Sequence record: SRR16203515_1217 | Direction: 5' to 3' (one strand) | Length of the DNA stretch: 39,421 bases | Shown here: one piece after another, positions 9,651-18,338 of the stretch | Layout: every line of letters starts with the position of its first letter | How positions within the stretch are numbered: position 1 is the stretch's first letter | Program-made: the position numbers and the translations under genes | Notes under the pieces: model-generated | Seen by the model: only the letters and a program-made list of their open reading frames with translations | The model's database searches: none | Told to the model about the DNA's origin: nothing

Positions 9651-11534
9651 CTAGAGGGGAGGTTCCGGCGCTGGAACCGGTTCGGGAAGGGGTGGTAGGG
9701 TGACGGGTTCCCCTTTTGCTTCTGGCGGTCGTGTGAGGGGTTTCAAAAACGGATGGAGCGCTTCAATCATTTTTTGGGGGAGCTCAAAAGTGCAATCATA
9801 CGCCGGCGAGCCGCCGATTTGACGCGTCGCTCCGAGTCGTTGCGTGAGGGCGTAGCGCTGGGTGGTTTCGCGCCCGCCATTGCCATCGGGCAAGAGGAGG
9901 GTCGCGATCAAGTCGTATTCCCAGGGTTCGGTTTCCCGCGTATCAAGGTATGCATTACTCAGGTAGGCCTGGACGCGGAAATTCCGGATGCAATCCACGA
10001 GTTCGGCGGCTTCGGCGCGGCCGTCCTCCGATTCAAGGTCGATATTGCGAACCGCGGAATCAGGGTTCCGGGGTTCGATTCGCAAGCCTTTGATAACGGC
10101 TGAGGCCGGAAGGGTCTCGAGTGTTTTTTCGTAGTAATCGATGGGTTCGAGGCTGAGTTGCCCGAGGAGGGGTTCGCGCTGCACTTCGTACACAAATGGA
10201 TTATTTGAGTTTTGCGCGAAAAGCTTTTCGGTTTCGCTGCGGGGGTGGGCGAGAATAAGGGTCTGGTTGCTCCCGTCTGGAAACGTTAATTCGATACTGC
10301 GTTGGGGATTGTTTAATTGAAGTTGGCCAAGGTCCGCCGGAGAGGGATTGTCCATGATGAAGTCAAGGGCGCGAAGTTGGCTGAGGTCCCGAAGCAGGGC
10401 ATTGACCTGCGGGGCATCGGCGCGGCGTGTTTCAATGTCACGATCCGGTGCTTTTGCGATGACCTGCCAGTTCCCGGTTTCTAGTTTTTGCAGGCGCAGT
10501 TCTTGCTCGTTTTTGCGCATCGCAAGCGAGTCAACTTCGCGCGGGTCAAATTCAAAGAAATCACGCTTGCGAAGATCCTGCTGTGCCTGACGGAGGGTAT
10601 CAATGGTCTGGGCCGGTATGGTGAAGACGGTGGGCAAGCCTTCGAGGCGAGCGAAGTAGGTGGCCTCTCCCTGTGCCGAGGGGTCGGGGTTTCCCACAAG
10701 GAGGGTCTGTTCTCGTTTATTGCCAAATAAGGTGATGCGGATGAAGGGGTCATTCAGTCCCTGTGCGACCGGATCGCTGGAATTATCTTCTACGAATCGA
10801 ACCACTTGGATGGAACTCAGGGAATTGATGGTACTTTCGACGAGGGCGGGATCTGCGCTGTCCGCGATTGGGGCTTCAAATTTCCAATGAGCCTGGTCTT
10901 TTGAAAGTCGAACCTTCAGGCTGCCGGTGCCGGTGCTGGATTTCATCTCGAGACCCAGGGTATTAATTTCAAAGACCGGTAGGTTGAAAATATCACGCGC
11001 CCGAAGACCTTCCAGATCCATGAGCAAACTGTCGATACTGCTGCGGTTCACGATATAGACCGTGCTTTGCTCCGGGCCTAAAAGGTAGAGTTTGTTGCCA
11101 ATCTCGGTGGGGGTTCCAATCGTCAGTGAGCCAACGCCCTTTTCATGGAAAAGATCAATTTTGAGAAGGGGGTCATCGAAGCCGTAGTCTGCAAGGGTCT
11201 GGCCGTTTTCCCGGAGGCTGTTCACTGGGAAAGAGGTATCTTCTTCGATGAATTGAAGTTGATTGAGAATGCGGTTTACCGAGAAATAATTGGCGGGCCA
11301 TTCAAAGGGTTGGGTGATCCTCCATTTTTCACCTTCGCGATTGAGGGCATGCGAGAAGTTGATAGCACGCCCTGAAATTTGAATTTTTTGCGCTCCGGCA
11401 ACTTCATCCCGGATGTTTTCGGCGAGCCGCAGAATATTTCGATCGGCCTGTAGCCCCCGTTGGTCGAGGAAAAGGATAAGGCTGAATGCGAGGGCATTAA
11501 GTATCAGGAGGAGGAGCGTGAATCGTATTCGCAT
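9651..11534 (-). CDS. DUF4340-like repeat periplasmic protein
   Basis: N-terminal TM/signal; repeated W-x-x-x-x-P...A(N/D)...LxDYG(F/L)DDP-type modules; usual position after a GldG-like gene; Pro-rich tail. Confidence 0.75.
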   Translation of the reverse strand: MRIRFTLLLLILNALAFSLILFLDQRGLQADRNILRLAENIRDEVAGAQKIQISGRAINFSHALNREGEKWRITQPFEWPANYFSVNRILNQLQFIEEDTSFPVNSLRENGQTLADYGFDDPLLKIDLFHEKGVGSLTIGTPTEIGNKLYLLGPEQSTVYIVNRSSIDSLLMDLEGLRARDIFNLPVFEINTLGLEMKSSTGTGSLKVRLSKDQAHWKFEAPIADSADPALVESTINSLSSIQVVRFVEDNSSDPVAQGLNDPFIRITLFGNKREQTLLVGNPDPSAQGEATYFARLEGLPTVFTIPAQTIDTLRQAQQDLRKRDFFEFDPREVDSLAMRKNEQELRLQKLETGNWQVIAKAPDRDIETRRADAPQVNALLRDLSQLRALDFIMDNPSPADLGQLQLNNPQRSIELTFPDGSNQTLILAHPRSETEKLFAQNSNNPFVYEVQREPLLGQLSLEPIDYYEKTLETLPASAVIKGLRIEPRNPDSAVRNIDLESEDGRAEAAELVDCIRNFRVQAYLSNAYLDTRETEPWEYDLIATLLLPDGNGGRETTQRYALTQRLGATRQIGGSPAYDCTFELPQKMIEALHPFLKPLTRPPEAKGEPVTLPPLPEPVPAPEPPL

Positions 11535-11538
11535 GATG

Positions 11539-13020
11539 CTAACGGCGGCGGATGAGTGAGATGATAATGCCTAGAGCGGCAACGGCAACGGGAAGCAGTG
11601 CAAAGTAGGTTAGCAACCTGCGGAGGTCGTCCTGGCTCATGACCAGTTGATAAGTGCTGAGGGGTTGGGCGGGAATATTGAGCAGGACATTGCGATCCAA
11701 GGCCCAGTTCAGGGAATTGATAAGGAGGGTATAATTACCATAAATTTGGAAACGGTTATTCGCCAGAAAATCGGAATTTCCAAAACAGACAATCCGGCCG
11801 CCGGAAATGGAGAGACCCAGCGCGGAGCTGGTGCTGCGTTGTGCGGCCACTGCGAGGCTGAGGGGCCCGGGAAGGTCGCGGTCCGCATCAAAGGTGATGG
11901 GGCGTTGCGTCCGGTAGTCTTTCTCGGCCCAACTTTTTTGGGAGGTACCAATGAGGTAACGCAAATTCAGGCCTTCGTCTGCAAGACTGGCAGGGTCGAT
12001 GCGAATGGGGCGCGACTGTCCAAAGTATGCCGTGGCGTTATAGTCGTATAGAATCTGGCTGATGGGGTGCTCGCTGAAGTGTCGCACAATCATATCCCCC
12101 TCTTGTGAGCGGTAGTTGGGGTCGACATCCACCGCAACGTGATCTTCAACGAGGATGCCCCAGTCGAAGAGGAGGTCGTTAAGCCCATGTTTGCGGCCGG
12201 GTTCCAGGGTAAGCAACATGCGTCCATGGCGGTCACTCATATAACGGCGCAATTTCTCAACCTCTGCGGGGGCAAGGGCCGCCTGCGGAGCAAGGGCGAG
12301 GATCATGGCGGCATTTTCGGGGACGGCGGTTACCCGCGTGAGGTCCAGTTCCTTGAGCGTAAACCCGCGCTCCTTGAGAAAGCCTTCGAGGAGCGAAAGC
12401 CCCCGCGTGGGATGTACATCTCCGATGCGCATTTCCCCGTGTCCGGTGAGGTGATAGAGCACTGGGCTTTCCTCGGTGGAAACTTCAAGGATGGCAGAGG
12501 TAAGGATGCGTTCCCCGCAAAAGCTCTGCCACTCGCCCTCTTGAGCCTCATATAGCTCCGGCAATTCAATCAGACGCGTTCGGTCCTTCGCGGCGACAAT
12601 GATGACGTTTTCGCGCTCAATATTAAACTTTTGAACGATCTCGCGGGTGCGCTTGCGCTGGCGGAGGGCATCGACAAATTCCACCCGGACAAAGGCCTGT
12701 CCCTCGCGCATGGAGTCCGCTTCATATTCAAGGAGCAGTTTGTTCAGGTCGTGGCGAATGCGCTTCAGTTCGGCGACATCGCTTCCCGCCGCGATCGTGA
12801 CAATAACATCGATGGGAGTCTCGAGTTGTCGCAGGTAGGCCTGTGATTCTGCGCTGAGGCTGAAAGCTCGGTTCTCGGTGAGGTCGAAACGTTGAAAGTG
12901 GCGCGAGGCGAGGTAGTTGAGCGCAAGGATGAGGCAGATGCCCAAAAAGATTTGCACCAAACGGTTGATGGCGCGCATTCGGCGCGCAATGCGAAATTCG
13001 TTAAAGCGGGCAGTTTGCAT
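11539..13020 (-). CDS. GldG-family ABC transporter auxiliary component
   Basis: RFDLTENRAFSLS, YHLTGHGE, GRIVCFGNSDFLAN...NSLNW, and a C-terminal TM ending RRR. Confidence 0.88.
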   Translation of the reverse strand: MQTARFNEFRIARRMRAINRLVQIFLGICLILALNYLASRHFQRFDLTENRAFSLSAESQAYLRQLETPIDVIVTIAAGSDVAELKRIRHDLNKLLLEYEADSMREGQAFVRVEFVDALRQRKRTREIVQKFNIERENVIIVAAKDRTRLIELPELYEAQEGEWQSFCGERILTSAILEVSTEESPVLYHLTGHGEMRIGDVHPTRGLSLLEGFLKERGFTLKELDLTRVTAVPENAAMILALAPQAALAPAEVEKLRRYMSDRHGRMLLTLEPGRKHGLNDLLFDWGILVEDHVAVDVDPNYRSQEGDMIVRHFSEHPISQILYDYNATAYFGQSRPIRIDPASLADEGLNLRYLIGTSQKSWAEKDYRTQRPITFDADRDLPGPLSLAVAAQRSTSSALGLSISGGRIVCFGNSDFLANNRFQIYGNYTLLINSLNWALDRNVLLNIPAQPLSTYQLVMSQDDLRRLLTYFALLPVAVAALGIIISLIRRR

Positions 13021-13784
13021 TATGCTTTAGCCTCAATCACGAGGGTAGCAAGTCCCAGCAGCAGCAGCCCGGAACTCAGATAATAAAAGAAGGGGCGGGT
13101 GTCGACAACCCCACGGGCGAAATCATCCAGATGGCTGAAAATGCGGAGGTAATCTACGGTGGCATCCATCCATCCCGGGAGGGCAACCCCGCTTTGATCC
13201 AGGGAGCCGAGTTGTTGCCCGCCAACAATCACAATAAAGAGCAGAGTGAAAGCAAGCATCCCCGCGACTAACTGGCTTCGGGTGAGGCTGCTGGTGAATA
13301 TTCCGATCGCGATAAAGAGCACCCCACTCACCGCGATGAATGCAAAACTCCCCAGCAAAGGAGCACTATTAAGTAGGATTGCGCTGTCATTACTCTCGCG
13401 AAGGAGGCTCTCTGCGATAAGCGGAAAGCCCAGGGTGGCAGACCAGAGAAGGAGATAGAAGCAGTAGGCACCCGCGAATTTGCTCAGCACGACCGCGATG
13501 CGTGAGGTCGGGGTGGTCAAAAGGGTATCGAGCGTGCCAAGACTCCGTTCCCCCGCGATACTGCGCATCGTCAGGAGCGGAACTACGAAAAATGTCGGAA
13601 TCCAAAAACTTTTAAAGAATTGCACGGTGGGCAACTCATCTTGCGGGGTGGTAATCATTTCCCGCAGAATGGCCCAATACATGAATCCCATAAGGCTCAA
13701 AAACAGGGCGCCCGCAAGGTAGGTTGCGGGGCTGATGAGGAGCATCCGCAGTTCGTGTTTTAGGAGAATCCAGAAATGTCGCAT
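13020..13784 (-). CDS. ABC-2 type permease (GldF-like)
   Basis: PLLTMRSIAGERSLGTLDTLLTTP, SSLTRSQLVA, FARGVVD; six TM segments. Confidence 0.9.
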   Translation of the reverse strand: MRHFWILLKHELRMLLISPATYLAGALFLSLMGFMYWAILREMITTPQDELPTVQFFKSFWIPTFFVVPLLTMRSIAGERSLGTLDTLLTTPTSRIAVVLSKFAGAYCFYLLLWSATLGFPLIAESLLRESNDSAILLNSAPLLGSFAFIAVSGVLFIAIGIFTSSLTRSQLVAGMLAFTLLFIVIVGGQQLGSLDQSGVALPGWMDATVDYLRIFSHLDDFARGVVDTRPFFYYLSSGLLLLGLATLVIEAKA

Positions 13785-13795
13785 GGCGGGTTAAT

Positions 13796-14788
13796 TTAAG
13801 CGGCGGGGGTTTGTGCCCCAATGGTTTCTTCCCAGGAGCGTTTCGTGGCGGCCAGAAAAATGGCTTCGAGGTTGGGAATCTGCGGTTCAAGGCTGTGCAA
13901 TTTAACCGCCGGTAAGTCTTGCAGCGCCGCAATTATCTTAGACCCCAGTTCGTCATCATCCTCAGACAGGAGCTGCATCTCCTGCCGTTTGTCCGTTTGG
14001 GCTTCGCAATAAATACAATCCACGGAAAGGCCCTTGGCTTTAAGAGCGCCTAATACGGATTCTTTCTTTCCGGAGAAAGAGAGGCGATAACGGTTGCCGG
14101 GCACAAATTCTTCCTGGAGGGCTGCATGGGTTCCCGCCGCAACGACCCGACCGCGGTTAATGATTACGACCCGGTCACAGGAGCGCTCGATTTCCGGAAG
14201 GATATGGCTTGAGAGGATCACGGTCATGCGTCCCCGCAGGCTGTTGATCAATTTTCGAATGCTTTGGATTTGGTGCGGGTCCAGTCCGATGGTCGGTTCA
14301 TCCATGATAACAACTTCGGGTTCGCCCAGCAGGGCATCGGCAATCCCGACCCGTTGGCGAAATCCTTTGGAAAGGGTGCCGATGATTTTCCGGCGGGCGG
14401 TGCGTGCGAGGTCACAGGTTTCCATGGCCTCCTCGACCGCCGCGCGAATTTTTCGTGAGGGCACTTCCTTCAGGCGGGCGCGAAAACGCAAATACTCCAC
14501 CACCCGCATATCGTTGGGCAGCGGGTTATTCTCGGGCATATAGCCGATGCGGCGCTTCACCTCGTGCGGTTGCCCGGCCACCGAGACGCCGCCAACCCAG
14601 GCAGAACCACTTTGAGCGGTGAGAATACCACTGAGGATGCGCATCGTGGTGCTTTTGCCAGCGCCATTGGGACCCAGAAAGCCCACGATTTCCCCTTTTG
14701 CGACCGTGAAGCTGACGTTCCGAATCGCCCAGGTCGCTCCAAAGCGACGGGAGAGATTTTTAACGCGAATGCTAATGTTGGGTTCCAT
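13796..14788 (-). CDS. ABC transporter ATP-binding protein (GldA-like)
   Basis: GPNGAGKST Walker A, LSKGFRQRVG signature, DEPTIGLDP, SSHIL. Confidence 0.95.
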   Translation of the reverse strand: MEPNISIRVKNLSRRFGATWAIRNVSFTVAKGEIVGFLGPNGAGKSTTMRILSGILTAQSGSAWVGGVSVAGQPHEVKRRIGYMPENNPLPNDMRVVEYLRFRARLKEVPSRKIRAAVEEAMETCDLARTARRKIIGTLSKGFRQRVGIADALLGEPEVVIMDEPTIGLDPHQIQSIRKLINSLRGRMTVILSSHILPEIERSCDRVVIINRGRVVAAGTHAALQEEFVPGNRYRLSFSGKKESVLGALKAKGLSVDCIYCEAQTDKRQEMQLLSEDDDELGSKIIAALQDLPAVKLHSLEPQIPNLEAIFLAATKRSWEETIGAQTPAA

Positions 14789-14949
14789 ACAAGTAGTGGG
14801 GGCTCAAATAAAATGAGGCAGGTGTAATAGGTCTGTAGTAAATTCACGTTTCCTTCAAGCACTCTAATGCATGACAGAACCGTATACTTTTAACCATGGA
14901 AAATATTTCTTCTTTATTTTCCCCTGGGATTGGTTGAATGTGCAGAGAC

Positions 14950-16110
14950 ATGATAGTTGACAGTGCAGGACTCGAAGAAGCCTGCCGTGCCGCAAAAGCT
15001 GCGGGCGCGGTCGGAATCGACACCGAATTTGTTTGGAACCGAACGTTCTATCCTTCTCTGGGGCTAGTTCAAGTGGGTTATCCGGATGGGGAGGCGGTAC
15101 TCATTGACGCCCCACAAATCGAGGACTGGAGCGCTTTCGGGGACTTGATGCAGGATTCGGGGACGGTTAAGATTCTGCACGATGCGCAGCAAGACCTTAC
15201 GATTTTACAACGCGCCAGCGGAGTCTTCCCAAAGAATATTTTTGATACCCAGCGCACGGCCGGCTTTATCGGAAAATCTTCCACGATTTCCCTTCGCGAC
15301 ATCCTGAAGCAATTATTAAAGGTGCGGCTTGATAAAACCGAAACGCAGTCGGACTGGCTGGCCCGTCCTCTAAGTGAGGCACAAGTGCGCTATGCGGAGG
15401 ATGATGTCCGTAATTCGGTTCGCCTGATGGAGCGAATCATGGAGAAGGCCGATGCCCTTGGGCGCCGGGAATGGATTGCGGACGAGTTGTGCTACTATGA
15501 ATTAGAAAGCCTCTACCATGAAATGGACCCGGAAACGGTGATGCCACGGGTGCGGGGCAGCGGCGCACTGACGCATCAACAGCGCAACATATTGCGAAGT
15601 CTGGGTTCCTGGCGTGAGAAGACGGCCCGGCGGCGCAACCTCCCCCGTAGTTTTATCGTATCCGATGATGCCCTCGTCGGCTTGGCAAAGAAGACCCCCA
15701 ATTCCAAGGACGCTATTCAGGCGTTTAGGGGTTTGAGTGAGCGAACCCTGGAACGGAACCGCAGCGCTATCTGGAAAGCAATTGAGCGCGGCATTGCGGG
15801 GGACTTGCCCGAATTACAAAATGCCGCCAACTCGGGGAGTAGTCCTGATGAGGGATACGAGGCTCGCGTGGATTTTGCTTTGGCATTCCTGAAGGGTCGG
15901 TGCCTCAATGCCGCGATTGATCCTGCCTTAGTTGGAAACCGAGCCGAGATTACGGCCTTGGTGGTCGATGCCAAAAACCCGGAGATCGCCTCCCACCGTC
16001 TGCTGCGTGGTTGGCGCGCAGAATTTTGCGGGAAGGCACTTTTGGGGCTATTGCAGGGGCAGGGCAGCCTCATTATTGATCCCGAGACCAACCTTCCCCG
16101 GCAGGCTTAG
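14950..16110 (+). CDS. rnd: Ribonuclease D (DEDDy exonuclease + HRDC)
   Basis: IDTEF, HDAQQD, FDTQ, SDWLARPLSEAQVRYAEDD, and HRDC WREKTARRRNLP. Start ATG 14950 (or 14938). Confidence 0.9.
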   Translation: MIVDSAGLEEACRAAKAAGAVGIDTEFVWNRTFYPSLGLVQVGYPDGEAVLIDAPQIEDWSAFGDLMQDSGTVKILHDAQQDLTILQRASGVFPKNIFDTQRTAGFIGKSSTISLRDILKQLLKVRLDKTETQSDWLARPLSEAQVRYAEDDVRNSVRLMERIMEKADALGRREWIADELCYYELESLYHEMDPETVMPRVRGSGALTHQQRNILRSLGSWREKTARRRNLPRSFIVSDDALVGLAKKTPNSKDAIQAFRGLSERTLERNRSAIWKAIERGIAGDLPELQNAANSGSSPDEGYEARVDFALAFLKGRCLNAAIDPALVGNRAEITALVVDAKNPEIASHRLLRGWRAEFCGKALLGLLQGQGSLIIDPETNLPRQA

Positions 16111-16116
16111 GGCCTC

Positions 16117-16584
16117 CTAGTGTTCGTGCGCGGGGGTGGGGTAATACGTGCGCAAAGCTTGGATGCTTTCGCGGAGCACCTGCGCGGAGTCGGCATCTGC
16201 GGTTTGTTTTGCCTTCATGGCGGATAGGATTACGGCATGGTGCCGGGCGAGGCGGGTGGCGTAGTCATCCTGCCCCGGTTTGACGCGCTGCGTAAGGAAG
16301 TAATCGCTGATGGTCGCAATGATACGTTGTGCGTGAATTTCTTTATTGGTGACCCAGCGAACGGATTGATTCAGTGACTGGGCATCGGCTTTACCCGCGA
16401 GGGAGGCGAGCGCGGTCACCGCTTTTTCAACAGTAGCGGCATCTTCGAGCATGGATTCCATGCGGGCGTTGTCATCGTAAATTCCGCAGGGGACCTGGCA
16501 GTGTGCTTGAGCCGTTTTACTGGCGCCAAAGAAGACTGCGGTTGCGAACAGAATACCGGGCAGGAGAGGATGGATAAATTTCAT
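16117..16584 (-). CDS. sodN: Nickel superoxide dismutase precursor
   Basis: Ni-hook HCQVPCGIYDD directly after a hydrophobic leader ending AQA; NQSVRWVTNKEIHA, YFLTQRVK, AMKAKQ. Confidence 0.93.
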   Translation of the reverse strand: MKFIHPLLPGILFATAVFFGASKTAQAHCQVPCGIYDDNARMESMLEDAATVEKAVTALASLAGKADAQSLNQSVRWVTNKEIHAQRIIATISDYFLTQRVKPGQDDYATRLARHHAVILSAMKAKQTADADSAQVLRESIQALRTYYPTPAHEH

Positions 16585-16596
16585 AACAAAAATAAA

Positions 16597-17304
16597 TTAG
16601 AGGGCGTAATGCGCTTTGGCAATCACGATGACAAACTCGCCCTTTTGACTGGCCTTGGCGACCCGCTCGCGAACTTCGGCGGCGGAGCCACTTTGGATTG
16701 TTTCGTGTAATTTGGTTAATTCACGGCTCACGCTGATGGCACGATCCGCACCCATTGTTTCAACAATGTCATCGAGGCATTTGCCGATGCGGTGGCAGGA
16801 TTCGTAGAGGACCAGGCTGTATCCAAAATCCTTATACTCGTTAAAGAAACGCACCCGAGCGGCTCGCTTGGGGGGGAGGAAACCCACAAAAAGAAATCCA
16901 TCGCTGGGCAGGCCCGAGAGAGCTAATGCCGTGATCGCGGCACACGGCCCGGGCACCGCAGTTACCGGAAGGGAGCGCTGGCGACAGGCGCGCACGAGGC
17001 GGAAACCGGGGTCGCTGATCGCGGGGGTTCCGGCGTCTGCAACCAGAACGATTTGTTGGCCTGCGGCAATCCGGTTTGCGAGTGGTTCCGCCAGGGCGGT
17101 CTCGTTTTCATTGCGGTAAGAAAGAAGCTCGGGTTTTGTCTCGATCTCCAGTTTTGCGAGGAGTTTGCCGGTCACCCGTGTGTCTTCACAGGCGATACAA
17201 TCTGCCTGTCGAAGTGCCTCAAGGGCGCGCGGTGGAATATCGCCCAGATTTCCAATGGGGGTTGCCACGAGGGTGAGGCAACCAGTGCTGGGCGGGTTCG
17301 ACAT
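16597..17304 (-). CDS. rsmI: 16S rRNA (cytidine1402-2'-O)-methyltransferase
   Basis: LVATPIGNLGD, ACEDTR, DAGTPAISDPG, PGPCA, RELTKLHE, KGEFV. Start placed at ATG 17304. Confidence 0.96.
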   Translation of the reverse strand: MSNPPSTGCLTLVATPIGNLGDIPPRALEALRQADCIACEDTRVTGKLLAKLEIETKPELLSYRNENETALAEPLANRIAAGQQIVLVADAGTPAISDPGFRLVRACRQRSLPVTAVPGPCAAITALALSGLPSDGFLFVGFLPPKRAARVRFFNEYKDFGYSLVLYESCHRIGKCLDDIVETMGADRAISVSRELTKLHETIQSGSAAEVRERVAKASQKGEFVIVIAKAHYAL

Positions 17305-17326
17305 AAGCAGCGCGTCGGGAATAGCG

Positions 17327-17500
17327 CTAGTAGTTGGAGCCGCCACCGCCCATGCCCGGGGCGCCGCCTTCCCAGCTTTTAGGACGACCCCAGGGGATAT
17401 TCTGTTCATCGACATCGCTGTCGAAGCAGGCGGTTAACCCAAGGGTGCTCAGGCAAAGTAAGATAATAATGGCGAGGCGGGTCGTTTGGTGGAGTTTCAT
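17327..17500 (-). CDS. Small lipoprotein, 57 aa, function unknown
   Basis: Manual translation MKLHQTTRLAIIILLCLSTLGLTACFDSDVDEQNIPWGRPKSWEGGAPGMGGGGSNY*. It has a lipobox (LTA/C) and fills the gap between two co-directional genes (6 and 22 nt spacers). Below the ORF-track cut-off. Confidence 0.8.
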   Translation of the reverse strand: MKLHQTTRLAIIILLCLSTLGLTACFDSDVDEQNIPWGRPKSWEGGAPGMGGGGSNY

Positions 17501-17506
17501 GGGGAT

Positions 17507-18322
17507 TTATTTAATTATGGTTACAATGGATCCAGCATCGAGGTCTTGACTATCAAAATCTTCCAGTAAATTGGCAACCGTATAGGAATCGGTGATCTTG
17601 AAGACACGCACCTTGCCCAGAGCGTTGCCGTTTTTAATAATTCGTACCTCGTGGCCCGGTTCCAGTTCCAGCACGGGAAGGGCGGAGAAGACGATGATTT
17701 TATTATTGCGGTGGATCGAAGCGATTTGGGTAGTGGCGCTTGCCTCGCCGGGGGCGGGTTTATAATTCGGATCAAGGAGGCGGCCTTTGGGCCGAGTGGG
17801 TTGCTTGAGGCTGTTCTCGAGGGAGGTACGCCGGGCGCGCTCATGGTCGAGTGTTTCCTGCAGGGCTTTGTTTTTTTTGCTCAGCGCGTCAATGCTGGCA
17901 GTGAGGAGTTCAATTTCGCGCGCCTTGCTGGCGTTGGATTTTTTGCGTTCGGCATTGAGCAGTTTGTCGCGTAATTCGGCCAGTTCGTTGGTTTGCCCCA
18001 GAATAGTTTGCTCGGCGCGTCGCAGTTTCGCGGCTTGCATCGAAGCCTGCTGCTCGGACGATTGTAGGGCAGACTCCGTTTTGCTCAATGCCTGCTTCGC
18101 CTCGGCAAGCGCGGCCCGTTCGCTCTTAATTTGCACCTCCAGTTCCTGAATGGTTACAACCGCCCGATCCAGTTCTTCAACAATTGCCTGATTGGCGCGT
18201 TCGGCCTTGCGGATTTCCGCAGCTTGTTCGGTAAGGCTTCCACGCGCGGCGAAATAAATAAGGATCGAAAAGAATGCCGCGGCGAGCGCGACGAGTCGAA
18301 GGATGTAGGAGAGGCGGTGCAT
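17507..18322 (-). CDS. Membrane-anchored coiled-coil protein with C-terminal beta domain, function unknown
   Basis: N-terminal TM helix, about 145 aa heptad-rich segment, and a C-terminal LEPGHEVRIIKNGNALGKVRVFKI beta module. Confidence 0.75.
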   Translation of the reverse strand: MHRLSYILRLVALAAAFFSILIYFAARGSLTEQAAEIRKAERANQAIVEELDRAVVTIQELEVQIKSERAALAEAKQALSKTESALQSSEQQASMQAAKLRRAEQTILGQTNELAELRDKLLNAERKKSNASKAREIELLTASIDALSKKNKALQETLDHERARRTSLENSLKQPTRPKGRLLDPNYKPAPGEASATTQIASIHRNNKIIVFSALPVLELEPGHEVRIIKNGNALGKVRVFKITDSYTVANLLEDFDSQDLDAGSIVTIIK

Positions 18323-18338
18323 AACAAGAGGAGCGGAA

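Noticed and set aside
11539..14788. Gliding motility or T9SS machinery
   Set aside because: Only the widespread GldAFG-like ABC genes are present, with no gldK/L/M/N or spr genes.
17305..17415. N-terminal extension of rsmI in the ORF track
   Set aside because: It overlaps the better-supported small lipoprotein; RsmI homology begins just after Met 17304.
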